Assembly: GCA_964016885.1 (NCBI GenBank)
Contig: OZ024741.1
Span: 101,618,001 to 101,682,000 of the forward strand
Length of the DNA: 64,000 bases
Direction of reading: 5' to 3'
Source of the DNA: Eledone cirrhosa
Taxonomy: Eukaryota
A program made the translations under genes and the position numbers. How positions within the stretch are numbered: the first letter of the stretch is position 1; every line of letters starts with the position of its first letter. The notes under the pieces are model-generated. The model saw only the letters and a list, made by a program, of their open reading frames with translations, did no database searches and was not told the origin of the DNA. Below, in pieces: positions 37,197 to 49,669 of this stretch.

Positions 37197-39779
37197 TTTT
37201 TTTTATTTCAAACTCACTCGCCGATTCAAAACGTACTTAGATTGTTTAATATTAAGGTAGCAGATATGTTATATTTTATTGCTTTCAATGTCTGTTTTAT
37301 AGATACTATTCTTATATATTGAATACTTTTATTATTAATGAATAATTGTTAGTTTGAACTAAACACAATATTTTGATTTACCAGTTTATTCACAGTTGAA
37401 TTAATATATCATGTAAATACAATTTGCCAGTTATTATCGTTTTTAGATTATGGAAATGAATAATCATAAAAGAAAATGCTGATAATAACCAATTATCAAA
37501 ATATTAACAGGAATTGTTAAATATCTTACACTATTCAACATTTGTTTTCTTATGTTAAAAGTAGCCATTTGTTTCGTTAACGCCAACAAAAACAATAGTA
37601 TTTTATTTATTGTTCTAATTGTTTTATTTATTTACATGCACTAATAAAATAATTTTAAATATAATTTCATTAGGTAAATTCTCGCCTTCTTTTGTAATTT
37701 CCATGAAAATGTAACACAAGGGACTATGTATGATGTTATGGTATAAGAAAATATGCAAATCAATAAACCAAAGTAAAATTAGCTTGTTTGATTAAAGTAA
37801 TCTGCTGTTTTTTAAATTTTTGCGTGTAAACAATGAAGAGGGTAGTTTGTAAAATGCTATTTGGTGAAAGAACAACATTGAGCTACAAACAGTTGACAAC
37901 CATTAGTCTAGCAGCATAAAAAGCTGTCACATTGAATTACAGAAGTACGAAAAAAAGGTTGTAAAGATATCTTTCTAGTGCGTAAACCGACGTCAAGAAA
38001 TACAAAATCTCTTATTCTAGATAATAAAATATGGTGATAACGAAATTTGGAATGGAGTTTTGAAAGGAAAACGAAACAATAAGTGGTGTTTGTTGATTAC
38101 TATATTCTTTTGGTTTTTGATATTGATACTAAATAATTGTTTCTACTATTGGCACAAGGCCAGCAAATACTCAGTACATTACTGGTACTTTATTTTATCG
38201 ACCCCGTAAGGATGAAAGGCAAAGTTAACCTCGGCGGGATTAATGATAATATTCTCAGAATCTGTTTCTCATAAATATAAGGTGACTACCAATTGACATA
38301 ATTTCCGCTGTCAACCACCACCAAGGCTCACTCATCACATAAACTGTGATCCTTTGTACTACTTAGTGAAATATATTTATTGGGATATTCATTTATTTAA
38401 TTGGATTTAAGAATATATAAAGTAATCTCAGTATTGCCAAGTTTTGAAACCGTGTTACATATTCGGATTAAGAATATCAGATTTTTCTACAACACAATAT
38501 CATTTTTACAGTTATGAATAGTGAAAAAAATTACTTTTTCTATATTTTATAAAAAACAATTGTAAGCTACTCTTTCAAATATGCATCACTGCAGAATGCC
38601 TCTCAAATATATCTATTATTAAGAAAATGCTGAAGAAATAAATTCTGATACTGTAAAATTTCTACGTTATTTTCTTCAATTTCTTTCTTTTGTCAAAACA
38701 GAGATGTACGTAAATTGACATACGTGTAAATATAAATTTATTTTAATAATACTTACATATTGATATGCACCCAACGAAGAAAATGTTATAATATATTCAA
38801 GTAGTCAGAACAAGCCCGAGTGGACAATAAGAGCTTCAAGAGAACTTCTAAATTTTACAGTAGACGCTGATTTATATTTCCACGTCAACAAAAAATAGAG
38901 CTAATTACCAATCATCTATATTCAATTTGATTCACTGAATGTCAATTATAACCTGGAGCTGACCAAATAATATATGTTTATCAAACAATAACAGGAAATG
39001 TATAGAATTAATTAGCAAGTTATAAGCAATAACATATCAGGGGAAGTAACTCTATCTTTTTCTAGAGCAGGATAAATTGACTTGGAGAGTCCCTCGTAGC
39101 TATCCTCACCATCACTACACGCCCATCCATTCCATCGATAGTATCATTCCCTAGCTACTTCCTCCTCCGAAGCCCTTAGATACCCTCACTATGGCACCCT
39201 AGTAGTTACTCTCCCTACTCCTGTGCACCTCATTCATCCCACCTCCGCTATCATTCCTTAGTAGCTACTCGTCCTACACATGTGCATCCACCCATTCCCC
39301 CTCCACTACCACCCCTTAGCTACTCTCTCCATCACTACACCTCCCCTTCCCGACACCGGTGAGTGCTCTTCCTCCCCCAGCGCTATTGACCACACCATCC
39401 AGACCCTACCACTATTTCCATGCAGATATTCTCACCACCACTACATCCCCTCTCCTCCTGTACTATCAAACATCTACTCATGACCCTATCAAATCATACC
39501 AAACCTCACCTGCCGTACATCCATAATTTCATACCTATTCCCATTCTCATCTCACCAACCTCCACAGAGGAGGGAGGGCTCTTCAATTGGGACAACAATG
39601 ATCAACAACCTCTGAAGTTCTGGTGCTACGGATGAGGGACGGTGTATGGGGAAGTTTGGTGCAGACTTGTGTCCTTTCCATCTTTGTTTCATCTTGGGCA
39701 CATGGGAAGGCGAGTTTGCTGAAGTGCAGCATATTGCCAGAGAACTAATGTAGTGTATTCAATTTTGTGAGGTTTAATT

Positions 39780-40290
39780 GTGCAAGGATAGCTTTTACCA
39801 CCTCATCCAAAGCTTTCCCATATTTTTCTCTTCCATAGTTCCGACAACTTCGAGCGTCCTATACATTTTTATACAGCTGTCATCTTCCATATGCACCACA
39901 TACCCATAACACCATAATCTCTCTTTCTACACATTGCATCTGACCCCTCTTATGCCCAAATTCACTATCAGTTCATTAAGGCTTCGTCGTTCATGTACAT
40001 TACTATTATTACGCACCCACCGGAGCATGCATGCTTCAGTTTCTTCCAATCTTCGTCCAGGTCTCACTTCCATGCAACATTGCTGTTCGCACACAATCTG
40101 CCTTTCATTTTGAGGGAAAACACTTTTGTATTTAGCAGCAGTAGTAGCTCTCTGAACCTTTTCCATCCCGTTCTCTCCCTGGCAACTACATTCAGAACAC
40201 CCACTTCCACTGCTAATTTGGTCACCCAAGTAACAGAAGCTGTTAACTACTTCTCCAGATCCCTCTGAGCATTTGATAGAGCTTGTTTCA
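39780..40290 (-). mobile_element. Decayed RTE C-terminal fragment
   Basis: ORF 39927-40358 VVNSFCYLGDQISSG...EACMLRWV...LGIRGVRC. Confidence 0.8.
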
Positions 40291-41700
40291 TGTAAGCTCT
40301 TGTTTACTGTGGGAAACGTATGATGTTGTATTGCCAAAAACGTTAGAGGGTTGAACAAAATGCTTGGTCGTATTTAATTACGGCCCTTTACATTCTGAAT
40401 TCAAACCACGTCGATGTTAACTTTGCCTTTCATTTTTCTGGGATCGACAAAATACAGTGCCAGTGAAGTACTGGGGTCGCCATAATCGACTTTCCCTTCC
40501 TTCCAAAATTGTGGACCTTATGCTTAAATCAGAAATTATATTACTGTGGGTAATGGTGTGGTTGAGACACAGGAACAACCAATCACTCTCATAGCCATCA
40601 CCTGATACTTCAGTAAGACGAGATGCTATTGGGAACAAAATATTTGTTGTCAGCTTCCCAAGCTCCTCTGAATGTAAATAAAACCTTTTGTATATGTTAA
40701 CCTGTAGATTTTGTTATTTATGTCGTGTAATTTGTAATTCACAATGATAATGATGATGGCATTATGTTGTTGTTTAGCTTTAAACAGGCCAGACCAGAGG
40801 GTATCAGATGGACCCAGCTCTGGATTAATCCTTAAGTAAAATAAGCATGGTCTTAGGGCCTCAAATAAAGCGGGGCTCTATCTAGTTTCTTTCCAGTACA
40901 GTTTTTTCCAGGGGGGGGGGGGGCACTATGAATTTCCCAGTGCTTAGGACCGCTAAAGGTTTCTGGCCTTGAGTGGGCCAGTGGACATGGGCCTAATATA
41001 TAGAGTCCTACTTCCCTAAAAAAATGTTTTATTCTGTTTTGTTACATGTAAGTACATCATGTACATTACATGCACGTATATATACATATAGCCCACACAT
41101 AAATTAGTATTGATTACTAAAATATTTAATGAGCAATTTGAAACGGGACCTACTTTTTTTCATACTGTTTGGGCCTATTACCGGCTTTGGGCACATATAT
41201 TTCACATCTGGTCTGGGCCTACCACAAGCTTGTAGAGGGGGGGGGGGTATTTCACATCTGGCCTGTTCCTACTATTACCTTTGGAGGCCTATATTTCACA
41301 TGTGGTCTTAGGTTACTATAAGTTATTTTGGGGGAATACATTTTAAATCTAGCCTGTCTATCGCTAGCTTTTCACAGGCCTGACACGGAGTGCACTGTGA
41401 ATGAGTAAACATATGATGAAAAGTATTCACGCAGCGTCTACCCAGCTTTGTTTTCATACTAAGTATATAAGGGACGGCATTGACTAAGTGAGTCTCGCCT
41501 TGTTTAAATGTACTTTGAGGGAGATTTGGCTATCATTTCTAACAGGTCACGCAATCACATAGAGACTCCTTCTTTGGAAAATGATAATGATGATGACGGA
41601 ATACACGGTGGTATCTTCCACGCTGGAAGTATTTCAGTTGTCAAGTTGCGTCACTGCCTGACTACAATATTAAGATTCATACACACATGCCCCCCCCCCC

Positions 41701-41765
<65 letters not shown>

Positions 41766-41970
41766 TACATATTACTCTCTGGACCAATCCTAAGGACGAA
41801 CAACTGTATACGTGTGTGTCTGTAGTGTACATACTCGCACAACCACCTGCTGCTTTCATTTTCTCCCCCACCTCTATTTCTCTCTCTATCTGTCTTTTGT
41901 TCTTCTCTGCATTCATATCTCTCTCTCCCCCTATTTCTCACCAACGACTTTCTACTGTCATACACATCAA

Positions 41971-42001
<31 letters not shown>

Positions 42002-42635
42002 AAGCCAAACTTTAATTCACCACCTTTGACCAAAACTATAACAAAAAGAGGAAATAAGATTATTTAAGATTCCTTTCTTTCACATCGTAATTAGCCTCCT
42101 ACTTTCGTTTGTGGGTGTTTCTCATTTTCTGTTTAGTTTAACTCATTGTTTGTTCATGTTAAACTAAGAGACCTCCACTTCTGCGATCGAAACAAGGACC
42201 TTTCTCTCCAAACACAATATCAACAATCACCACCACTATCACCATCATCTTCAACACAAACTTTCCCATCTTTCTCTTCTGTCTAATTATCATTTAATAT
42301 CATTTGACACTAGATCGCGACGTTTTTCTGTCATAAACAACGTAAGTTAACTTTATTTTACCTTTATGGTTGTTGCTGTTATTTAGCTTCACGTATTTCC
42401 TGATTCAACTGATATATGATCAAATGAATTACCGCACTGACCATTCCGTATATTTTTCTTCTTGACAAGTATTTAAAACTTTCGATTCTTTCTTTTCTTT
42501 TATCGATTAATATTTCTCTCTAGATTTACAAGGCATATCCTATTTTAAGGTTCCATTAAAGTGAAAGTGAAATTTCCAAATAAAAATGAATAAAAAAAGC
42601 AACACACATAATTGATGGGACAATATAAGATTCTG

Positions 42636-42701
<66 letters not shown>

Positions 42702-42765
42702 GAGAGAGATAAGTTATTCCTGATGATTTCTCACGAATGAAACAGTTCTAGTCCTGTAGAAACTT

Positions 42766-42821
<56 letters not shown>

Positions 42822-43212
42822 GAGGGTCATATTGTGTAATATTGCCAGAATTAATAATAGAACACACTCACTGTTTGGTTTGTTTTCGCTTTTCGCTTCT
42901 GTGTCTTTTATATCGGTAATCTAATTTATTCGGTTCTCAATGTTGCCATTGACTGACCAACGGTAAAAAATACAGATACAATATAGACACAAACACATAT
43001 ATATAGTTTATCAAAGTTCTTTCGTTGCACATCTGCAACAACATCAGTGGTGCTATTGTTTCCTCCCGTTGCATTGTATTTTCTATGCCATCTTTATTTA
43101 GTCTGTTTATATATGTTTTCTGTTATATATATATATACACATGTTTCAAATCACACAAGACCCTTTGATCTGAAGGAAGAGTGGCAAAGATAATTATATA
43201 TATATATACAAA

Positions 43213-43627
43213 AGAAATAAGATTTCGCTTCAAGCATAGCTTTATACAATATGTATAGAAATTTCGTATTTCTAAAGAAATACAGTTTTAGGAAGCCGTA
43301 GCTATGCAAACCCCGGGAGACTAACGCCCTCAGGTAGTGTCCAGCAGAAGCAAAGGGGACACCCGGCTATGCATTTCGGGCTTGACTGGCCTTCGTTAGG
43401 ACGGTCCCTCCCTCCGCTTGTTACTGCTGGACTTGAAAACAGTCGAGAATATATAGTTTTCTCGTCTGTGTAAATGAGGTGATTAATCTCATTTGCATAT
43501 GAAGCTGCATAAGTTGGCTCAACTTATAATAGAAAATAAATAAGATTCCGCTTCAAGCATAGCTTTTATGCATATGTATAGAAATTTCGTATTTCTAAAG
43601 AAACACGGTTTTAGGAAGCCGTAGCTA

Positions 43628-43631
<4 letters not shown>
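43213..43631 (-). mobile_element. Terminally redundant 323-bp unit carrying a hammerhead-like motif (retrozyme / non-autonomous Penelope-like candidate)
   Basis: ~90-bp direct terminal repeat (gaaatttcgtatttctaaagaaa at 43258 and 43581); flanked by (TA)n; minus-strand gaccgtc-CTAACGA-aggc(cagtcaa)gccc-GAA-AtgcaTA at ~43361-43406. Confidence 0.65.
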
Positions 43632-43684
<53 letters not shown>

Positions 43685-43789
43685 GATAACAAAATATCGT
43701 TATAGGTTATCCAATGAGAGGTTGTGAATACTTTGTATTATGGATAGTTTTAGCGTACGGCGTTGTTTGACTCAACATGGGATTTACGT

Positions 43790-44030
43790 ATATATATATA
43801 AAGGTTTGTCCGATGTAGAAGGACCCGCAAAGGGAACACCGGAGGGCATAGACAACGTGGGTAGAGGTGCAGGTGAAGGAGATACGGAATGAACAGTTGG
43901 TGTGTGTGAGAGTGTTGAGGTTGGAAATGAAAGGACAGGTGTTACAGCGAGGTCGAGAACAAGGATGAGAGCTGCGTGGAGTCGTTGGGAGGATGAGAAG
44001 GAACTGCGTACCAGGAGTTCGCAGATCGAA
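43790..44030 (-). mobile_element. Penelope-like element linker and GIY-YIG endonuclease fragment
   Basis: HPCSRPRCNTCPFI...FTCTSTHVVYALRCSLCGSFYIGQT (VVY...YIG motif with Cys-rich linker, Neptune-like). Confidence 0.8.
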
Positions 44031-45072
44031 TGAAAGAGAAAAAACAGTCGAGTTGTTCAATTGATAATAATTAATGTTTTTCGTGCGTTTTCAACTAATT
44101 TAACCCCCATCAATCTAACTGTCGAATTATTTTTCGAAAATGGAATGTGAGTTGGAGAAGAATTTATTGCTATTTCTAGCACACAGATACTGTCTCTTCG
44201 TCTCTCATGCTATCAATCTAGAGAGAGAGAGAGAGAGAGAACCCTATACACCTCTCCTTGAAGCCACCCCTCCTTTCTTTAATTAAAACGTTTGATGTCA
44301 GCCGGCCTGACATCTGACTCATTCCTTCTCCCCTCTTTCTCTCATTACCTCTTTTTTTCTATCTGTATGTATATATCTATCTATATCCTTATATAAAGGA
44401 AGTTTGTTTGTACATTGATCGCTAATAACACAAAATAAAATTGATAATAATTAATGTTTTTCGTGTGTTTTCAACTAATCTGACCGGCTTCTCTTTCTCC
44501 CTCTCTCTCTCTCTCTCTCTCTCTGTACACATGATTGTCTGTGAATCTTTTATATTGTCTGTGTGTGCACGTTTGTGTGTGTATGTATTTGTGAAGTCTT
44601 TTGTTTATATATATGCCAAACAGCGTGAAACAGACTGTTAGCTTCTCTCCCTTCTTTCGCCGCAAAGAAGTGAGTGACATAAAACCGATAGCGTATGGTC
44701 TTCAAAATGTTTTTAATTAAACATACAGTAAATTGCCAAATATACTATACATACATACTATTTCAGAGCACCAATCCTAATACCTAATTTTTGTTGGATC
44801 GGCAATCGCTCTGTATAATCAGGTCCTGATTATTACTGGAATTCTATAAGAATCCAGCTTCTATAATTTTCGGTGGAAGCAGGGAGTTCATGGCTCTGAT
44901 GATCGCCAAACAACGTGAAGCAGACTGTTAGCTTCTCTCCCTTCTTTCACCGAAAAGAAATAAGTGACATAGTCACTACTTTAAAACTGGTAGCGTATGG
45001 TCTCAAAATGTTTTTAATTAAACATACGGTAAATTGCCAAATATACTATACATCCATTCATGTATATATATA

Positions 45073-45464
45073 CGAGGGCAATCCCAAAAGTAAGGTCTCC
45101 TTCCGATATTGCAACTTTTCCGTTAAAATCCTGTAGATGGTGCTTCGGGAAACCTCAGGAACCAAAATGCAGAGAGCATCTAGAGTGATCCGCTGATCTT
45201 TACGTATGTTTTCCTCGGAAGGAGACCTTACTTTTGGGATTCCCTCTATATAATAACTGCGCGAAATTCGCACTTGGCGGTAGCGTTCAACAGGATCTCC
45301 ATTCTCAACAGCTGACAAGCCAAGATTGAGCATCCCAGCAAAGCGTGCGCATGCTTGTTTGGGAGTGAAGGAAGCACCAATCACAACAGTGTTGCCAACA
45401 GCCGTATAAACAGTTTCTCTGTGTCTCCATCGCTTTGGAGACCTTATTTTGGTGATTACCCTCG
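45073..45464. mobile_element. Mariner deletion derivative with three TIR copies
   Basis: TA|cgagggcaatcccaaaagtaaggtctcc; opposite-orientation TIRs at 45221-45246 and 45437-45464|TA; minus-strand EENIRKDQRITLDAL...VSRSTIYRILTEKLQYRK is a mariner HTH remnant. Confidence 0.8.
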
Positions 45465-45840
45465 TATATATATACTAGCTGAATGACCCGGCATTGCCCG
45501 GGTTACTTCTGTTCTTATTCAGCTTAGTAAACAATAAATATGAAGATATATTTTTTTCTCATAATTATTTCAAAATATCTATATTTTACAAAAAAAAAAT
45601 AAATCACTGGAAAATATTACTGGAATGGGACTTGATTGACTTCGAAAGTTAAAGTTTATCTCAATGTGATTTGAACTCAGTGCAGTGAGCCGGAATATAT
45701 ACTGAGGTAGTTTTTAATCCGACGCCCAAACGACTGATCCACTTCGTTCGACACCTGAAATGTTCGTAAACGTAAACTATTTTCCCCATACAAAATGTTA
45801 AGAGAGAAATACAGTGTGAGAGAGAGAAAGAAAGAAAGAG

Positions 45841-45931
<91 letters not shown>

Positions 45932-46599
45932 CTGGTGTGTGAGACAGTTGACCACTACATCTTAGTTGGTTGGTATGAACTCTGCAATTGTTTGAATTTA
46001 CTCTGGGAGTAAGCTATTTATTAGTATTGCTTATTCCGTGACACAAGCAGATGGCCATTTGATATGTTAAAATCTCAGGCATTAGCGACTTGGAAGCTGA
46101 TTCACACTGGAAAGTTATCTATGAGGCCACAAGATCAGCTTCATGGTGGCCGCTTGATAGTGTGAAAGAAACTCTATTGAGGCAAGTATCAAATTACTGC
46201 TACATATATGCTGCTACTTGTAAAAATTGTGGAAAATTGTATTTAAACTAGAAGAATCAGACACTGTAAAATGTAATCGAATATATATAGTAAGTTTAAA
46301 AATTGTAGCTAAAACAAATGAATGGGAACTGTTAAATGTAATGTAAATTGTATACACACACACACACCCACACACATGCTCACATACACATACACACCCT
46401 CACACACACATGTACGGACACCCACCCACACCCTCACACACACACATGTACGTACACCCATCCAAACGCACCCACCCACCCACACCCACCCCACCCACAC
46501 CCATACCCACCCACACCCTCACATACACATACACACCCTCACACACACACATATATGTACACACACACATACACATGCACATGTCTATATTTTTTTTAC

Positions 46600-47070
46600 T
46601 TGATATGTTTGAAAGGAGTAGTGCCCATGGCCTTCACAGAAAATCTGAGATCAAAGATATCGATGCCCTTATTGTTTGTATTAAATTGTTGCAGGTTTCC
46701 TTTCTTTTGGAAAGACATGAGCTGAGAGGGAGTTCCAGAGGAGCAATATTCTGGGTAGGAAGTACTGAGTATAGTGGTTTGTGTGGCATCTGGAAGGTTG
46801 AACACAACATGGGTGATGAGAGGAGGAGAGACAAATGAGTTGGTAGTGCCTGAGGGAAGGTGGCATGAAACTAGCCAGCTATGAAAAGCAGATACCATTG
46901 TAGTAACAGTAGAAAAGACACGGGGAGGAGACAGCACGTCTGTGCGCCAGTGGCTTAGCAGTGGATGAAGATCAGCAGAATAAGTACCATACTTACAAAT
47001 CATGAAGGGAGTTTCATTGTAAAATGCTGCCTCAAAATATCTTGTCTAACCCATGTCTGCATGGAAAAAG
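46600..47070 (-). mobile_element. CR1/L2-group LINE 3' fragment
   Basis: SSSHHPCCVQPSRCHTNHYTQYFLPRILLLWNSLSAHVFP matches the HP..V...RT..Y..SF.PRT..LWNSLP C-terminal pattern. Confidence 0.65.
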
Positions 47071-47268
47071 TGAATGTAAAAAGGGTGATGATGATAATGT
47101 TGGTGATGTTGCGGCCTTTATTTTTTCTTTATCCAATTTTACTTTTTTATCTAATTCTACAGAATCACCCACTATCACTACTACTCTTCACCTCGTGTGT
47201 TTATTCTATGTACCAGCAGCAGCATCCTCATCAATATTGCCTGTCAGTCAACTGTGGAAATCTATGCT

Positions 47269-47586
47269 ATGACTGAAGGACCTCACAACACATCGAATAT
47301 AGATGCCATACTCCAGCTTTACAGTGACTTCATTAACAGTGATGACCACTTTGTCTCCATTGGTGGACTGCAACAGAACCTGCACAAACTGCCATTTGAA
47401 CCTGTGGTGTCCATTTCTGGACATCGAGTGACTGGTGATACCCATAACAATAGTAACAAAACCATGATGTCACAATCTCCACTAGAACAATCTACAATGA
47501 CAGCTTCAGCTGTTATTGACTTTCAATCTTCTGTAGACATTTCAAGTGATCCTGTTCATATCATGCTTACATTTGACAGACTTCCG
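47269..47586 (+). CDS. Probable coding exon of F-box gene (ends ...MLTFDRLP, phase-0 donor)
   Basis: Open frame from candidate acceptor tctacag| at 47162; ATG at 47269; cttccg|gtaaca donor at 47587 joins in frame to 49082, giving FDRLP-EEMKLHIFSYF. Start uncertain. Confidence 0.65.
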
Positions 47587-47994
47587 GTAACAGTGAAACC
47601 TTTTTATATTTGCCTTTTTCTTTATTTTAGTAGGGACTACAGCTGTCACTTGGAATCAAGTGTGACTTGGTAGCATTTACCATGCTTTTGCTAATGGTTT
47701 TAGGTGCACTTGTAGATGTAAGCAGACAGATACCTTCTTTGGCTTCCCAAACGTGATCCAGTCGAACATGTCACAACTGGAGGGCAAGAAGGCTGCACCA
47801 GCATGGGCTGGTACTTTATTTATTGACCCTGAAAATATGAAAGGCAAAGTCAACCATTGTATGATTTGAACTTTGAGTGCTAGAACAAATTGTATTGTAG
47901 TCTATCCAATACCCTAACAATTCTGTCAATTGATTGCTTTATTTTTGTGTGGAGGAATGACCACATAAAATTAAATAATCCTTTTATTATTTTA

Positions 47995-48440
47995 CTGCTT
48001 CAGTCATCATTGATCCAGCAGATTATAGCACCTTTTAATCATACATAGTGTATCCAGGACTACATTACACATTATCTCTCTCCTTGTTATTTAGCCATAG
48101 ATCAACCATAATCCAGCAGACCTATGATCAAAGGTGTTTCAGACATGACCATCTATTCTTTTATTCAGAAATAATGTATGTAGGACTACATTATACACAG
48201 TTACTTTCTTTGTAGTTGTTTAGCTATGTGTTCAGTACTGATCCAGCAAACCTATGATCAAAGATGTTCCAGCCATGAATACCAATTCATTTATTCAGAC
48301 GTAATGTATCTAGGACTACATTATTTAATGTGTCTACCTTGTTTAGCCCTAGACAAGCACTGATCCATCATACTTACAAGAAAAGTTGTTCCAACTGTGG
48401 CCACCTGGTCTTTTTATATATCAGGGACTACATTATCAAA
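47995..48440. repeat. Four degenerate tandem units of ~100-130 bp
   Basis: gatccagcagacctatgatcaaag...atgtatctaggactacattat recurs near 48012, 48110, 48240 and 48362. Confidence 0.7.
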
Positions 48441-48504
48441 TGTGTCCTTCTTTTTTTGAAAATGGTAGGATATGATTTGAAAGATATTTGGCTGTTATTT
48501 CAGG

Positions 48505-49012
48505 CTCATTCTCTCTTTCTTCCATTGACATGGCAGTTCCAAATCCTTTTTACCTCCCACTTTAAATCCTGCTACCGGTTAATTTTCTCCCTCTCCTTCT
48601 CTTGCACTCTCGTGTCGAATGGGCAGGCCACATCCACAATCAGGCACGATCTTTTTTCTTTGTCCACAACCACCAGGTCAAGTCTATTGTGTTCCAGTTT
48701 CTTGTCCGTCTGTATCCTAAAATCCCACAGCACCTTCACCTGATCGTTTTCTATCACCGACTCTGGCTTATGCTCATACCACTTCTCAGAATGTGGTAAA
48801 TTGTTTACTTTGCATAGGTACCAGTGGACCACCCTTCCCATCACATCATGTCTCCAGCCCTTATAGTGAGTCTGGGCTAGGTGTTTACACTCGGATACAA
48901 TGTGAGCCACAGTCTCCTCTCTCTCTCCACAGATTCTGCACAGTGGGCTAGCCTCCTCCTTGTAAATATGGTGTTTCAACCACTTCGTTTTGAGGGCCTG
49001 CTCTTGCGCAGC

Positions 49013-49013
<1 letters not shown>
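48505..49013 (-). mobile_element. R4/Dong-clade non-LTR retrotransposon fragment (CCHC knuckle and restriction-like endonuclease)
   Basis: AAQEQAL...CRICGEREETVAHIVSEC...RHD...WYEHKPESV...LWDFRIQTD...NRLDLVVVDK...IVDVACP; abuts (ATT)n at 49014-49046. Confidence 0.85.
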
Positions 49014-49049
<36 letters not shown>

Positions 49050-49081
49050 TTTTGGTATTATTCTGTGTTCTCTTTATCCAG

Positions 49082-49293
49082 GAAGAGATGAAATTACATA
49101 TATTTTCCTACTTTGGTGCCAAGGATTTGTTCCTGTGTGCCCGTGTGTCCAAGAGCTGGCAGTGCCTGGCCTCCATGGATTTGCTGTGGTGCCGACTACT
49201 GATGAAGGATGTCCATACTTGGAATACAATCAGTTATGACACCAACCCAAATTCGTACAAAGAAATTGATTCAACCTGGAATTGTAAGGAAAT
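49082..49293 (+). CDS. F-box domain exon, FBXO4-like
   Basis: ttctctttatccag|GAA...GAA AT|gtaagt; EEMKLHIFSYFGAKDLFLCARVSKSWQCLASMDLLWCRLLMKDVHTW. The LW..LL.D...W extension recalls FBXO4 (from memory, unverified). Confidence 0.85.
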
Positions 49294-49324
49294 GTAAGTT
49301 TTTTTCCATATATATATATGGCAC

Positions 49325-49664
49325 ATGAAGGCACATGGCTTAGTGGTTAGAGCATTGGCCTTGCAATTGAAAGGTTGTGAGTTCAATTCTCAGACCGGGT
49401 GATGTGTTGTTTCCTTGAGCAAGACACTTTATTTCACATTGCTCCAGTTTACTCAGCTGTAGAAATGAGATGATAGGGACTGGAGGTCCATATCATTCCA
49501 CTGCAAAGTGGTCGTGGAGGTGTCACGGCAAAAAAAGCACCCAGCACTCACTGTAAATGAGGTTGGTGTTAGGAAGGGCATCCAGCTGTAGAAGTCAAGC
49601 CCAAATCAGTTCCCGTCCCACCCTTGCAAGCAGGGAAAAGCGGATGTAAAATGATGATGATGAT
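49325..49664 (+). mobile_element. tRNA-derived CORE-type SINE with RTE-derived 3' tail
   Basis: A-box tggcttagtgg, B-box-like gagttcaattc, CORE-like tccttgagcaagacactt; tail cccgtcccacccttgcaagcagggaaaagcggatgtaaaa(tga)n nearly identical to RTE 3698-3760. Confidence 0.8.
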
Positions 49665-49669
49665 ATATA

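Larger units (their letters stand above)
32280..39080 (-). repeat. Arm B of inverted segmental duplication
   Basis: Reverse-complement homology to 13750-21620 in colinear blocks. Confidence 0.85.

Noticed and set aside
39090-39570. Pro/His-rich ORFs in a C-rich strand-biased tract
   Set aside because: Low-complexity sequence, probably decayed LINE UTR; no splice or domain support.
42160-42200. Hammerhead-like ctaagaga...tcgaaac
   Set aside because: Core incomplete and no convincing stems I or III.
49325-49400. tRNA gene
   Set aside because: A/B boxes present, but no intact cloverleaf and it continues into a CORE-like domain and LINE tail; it is a SINE head.
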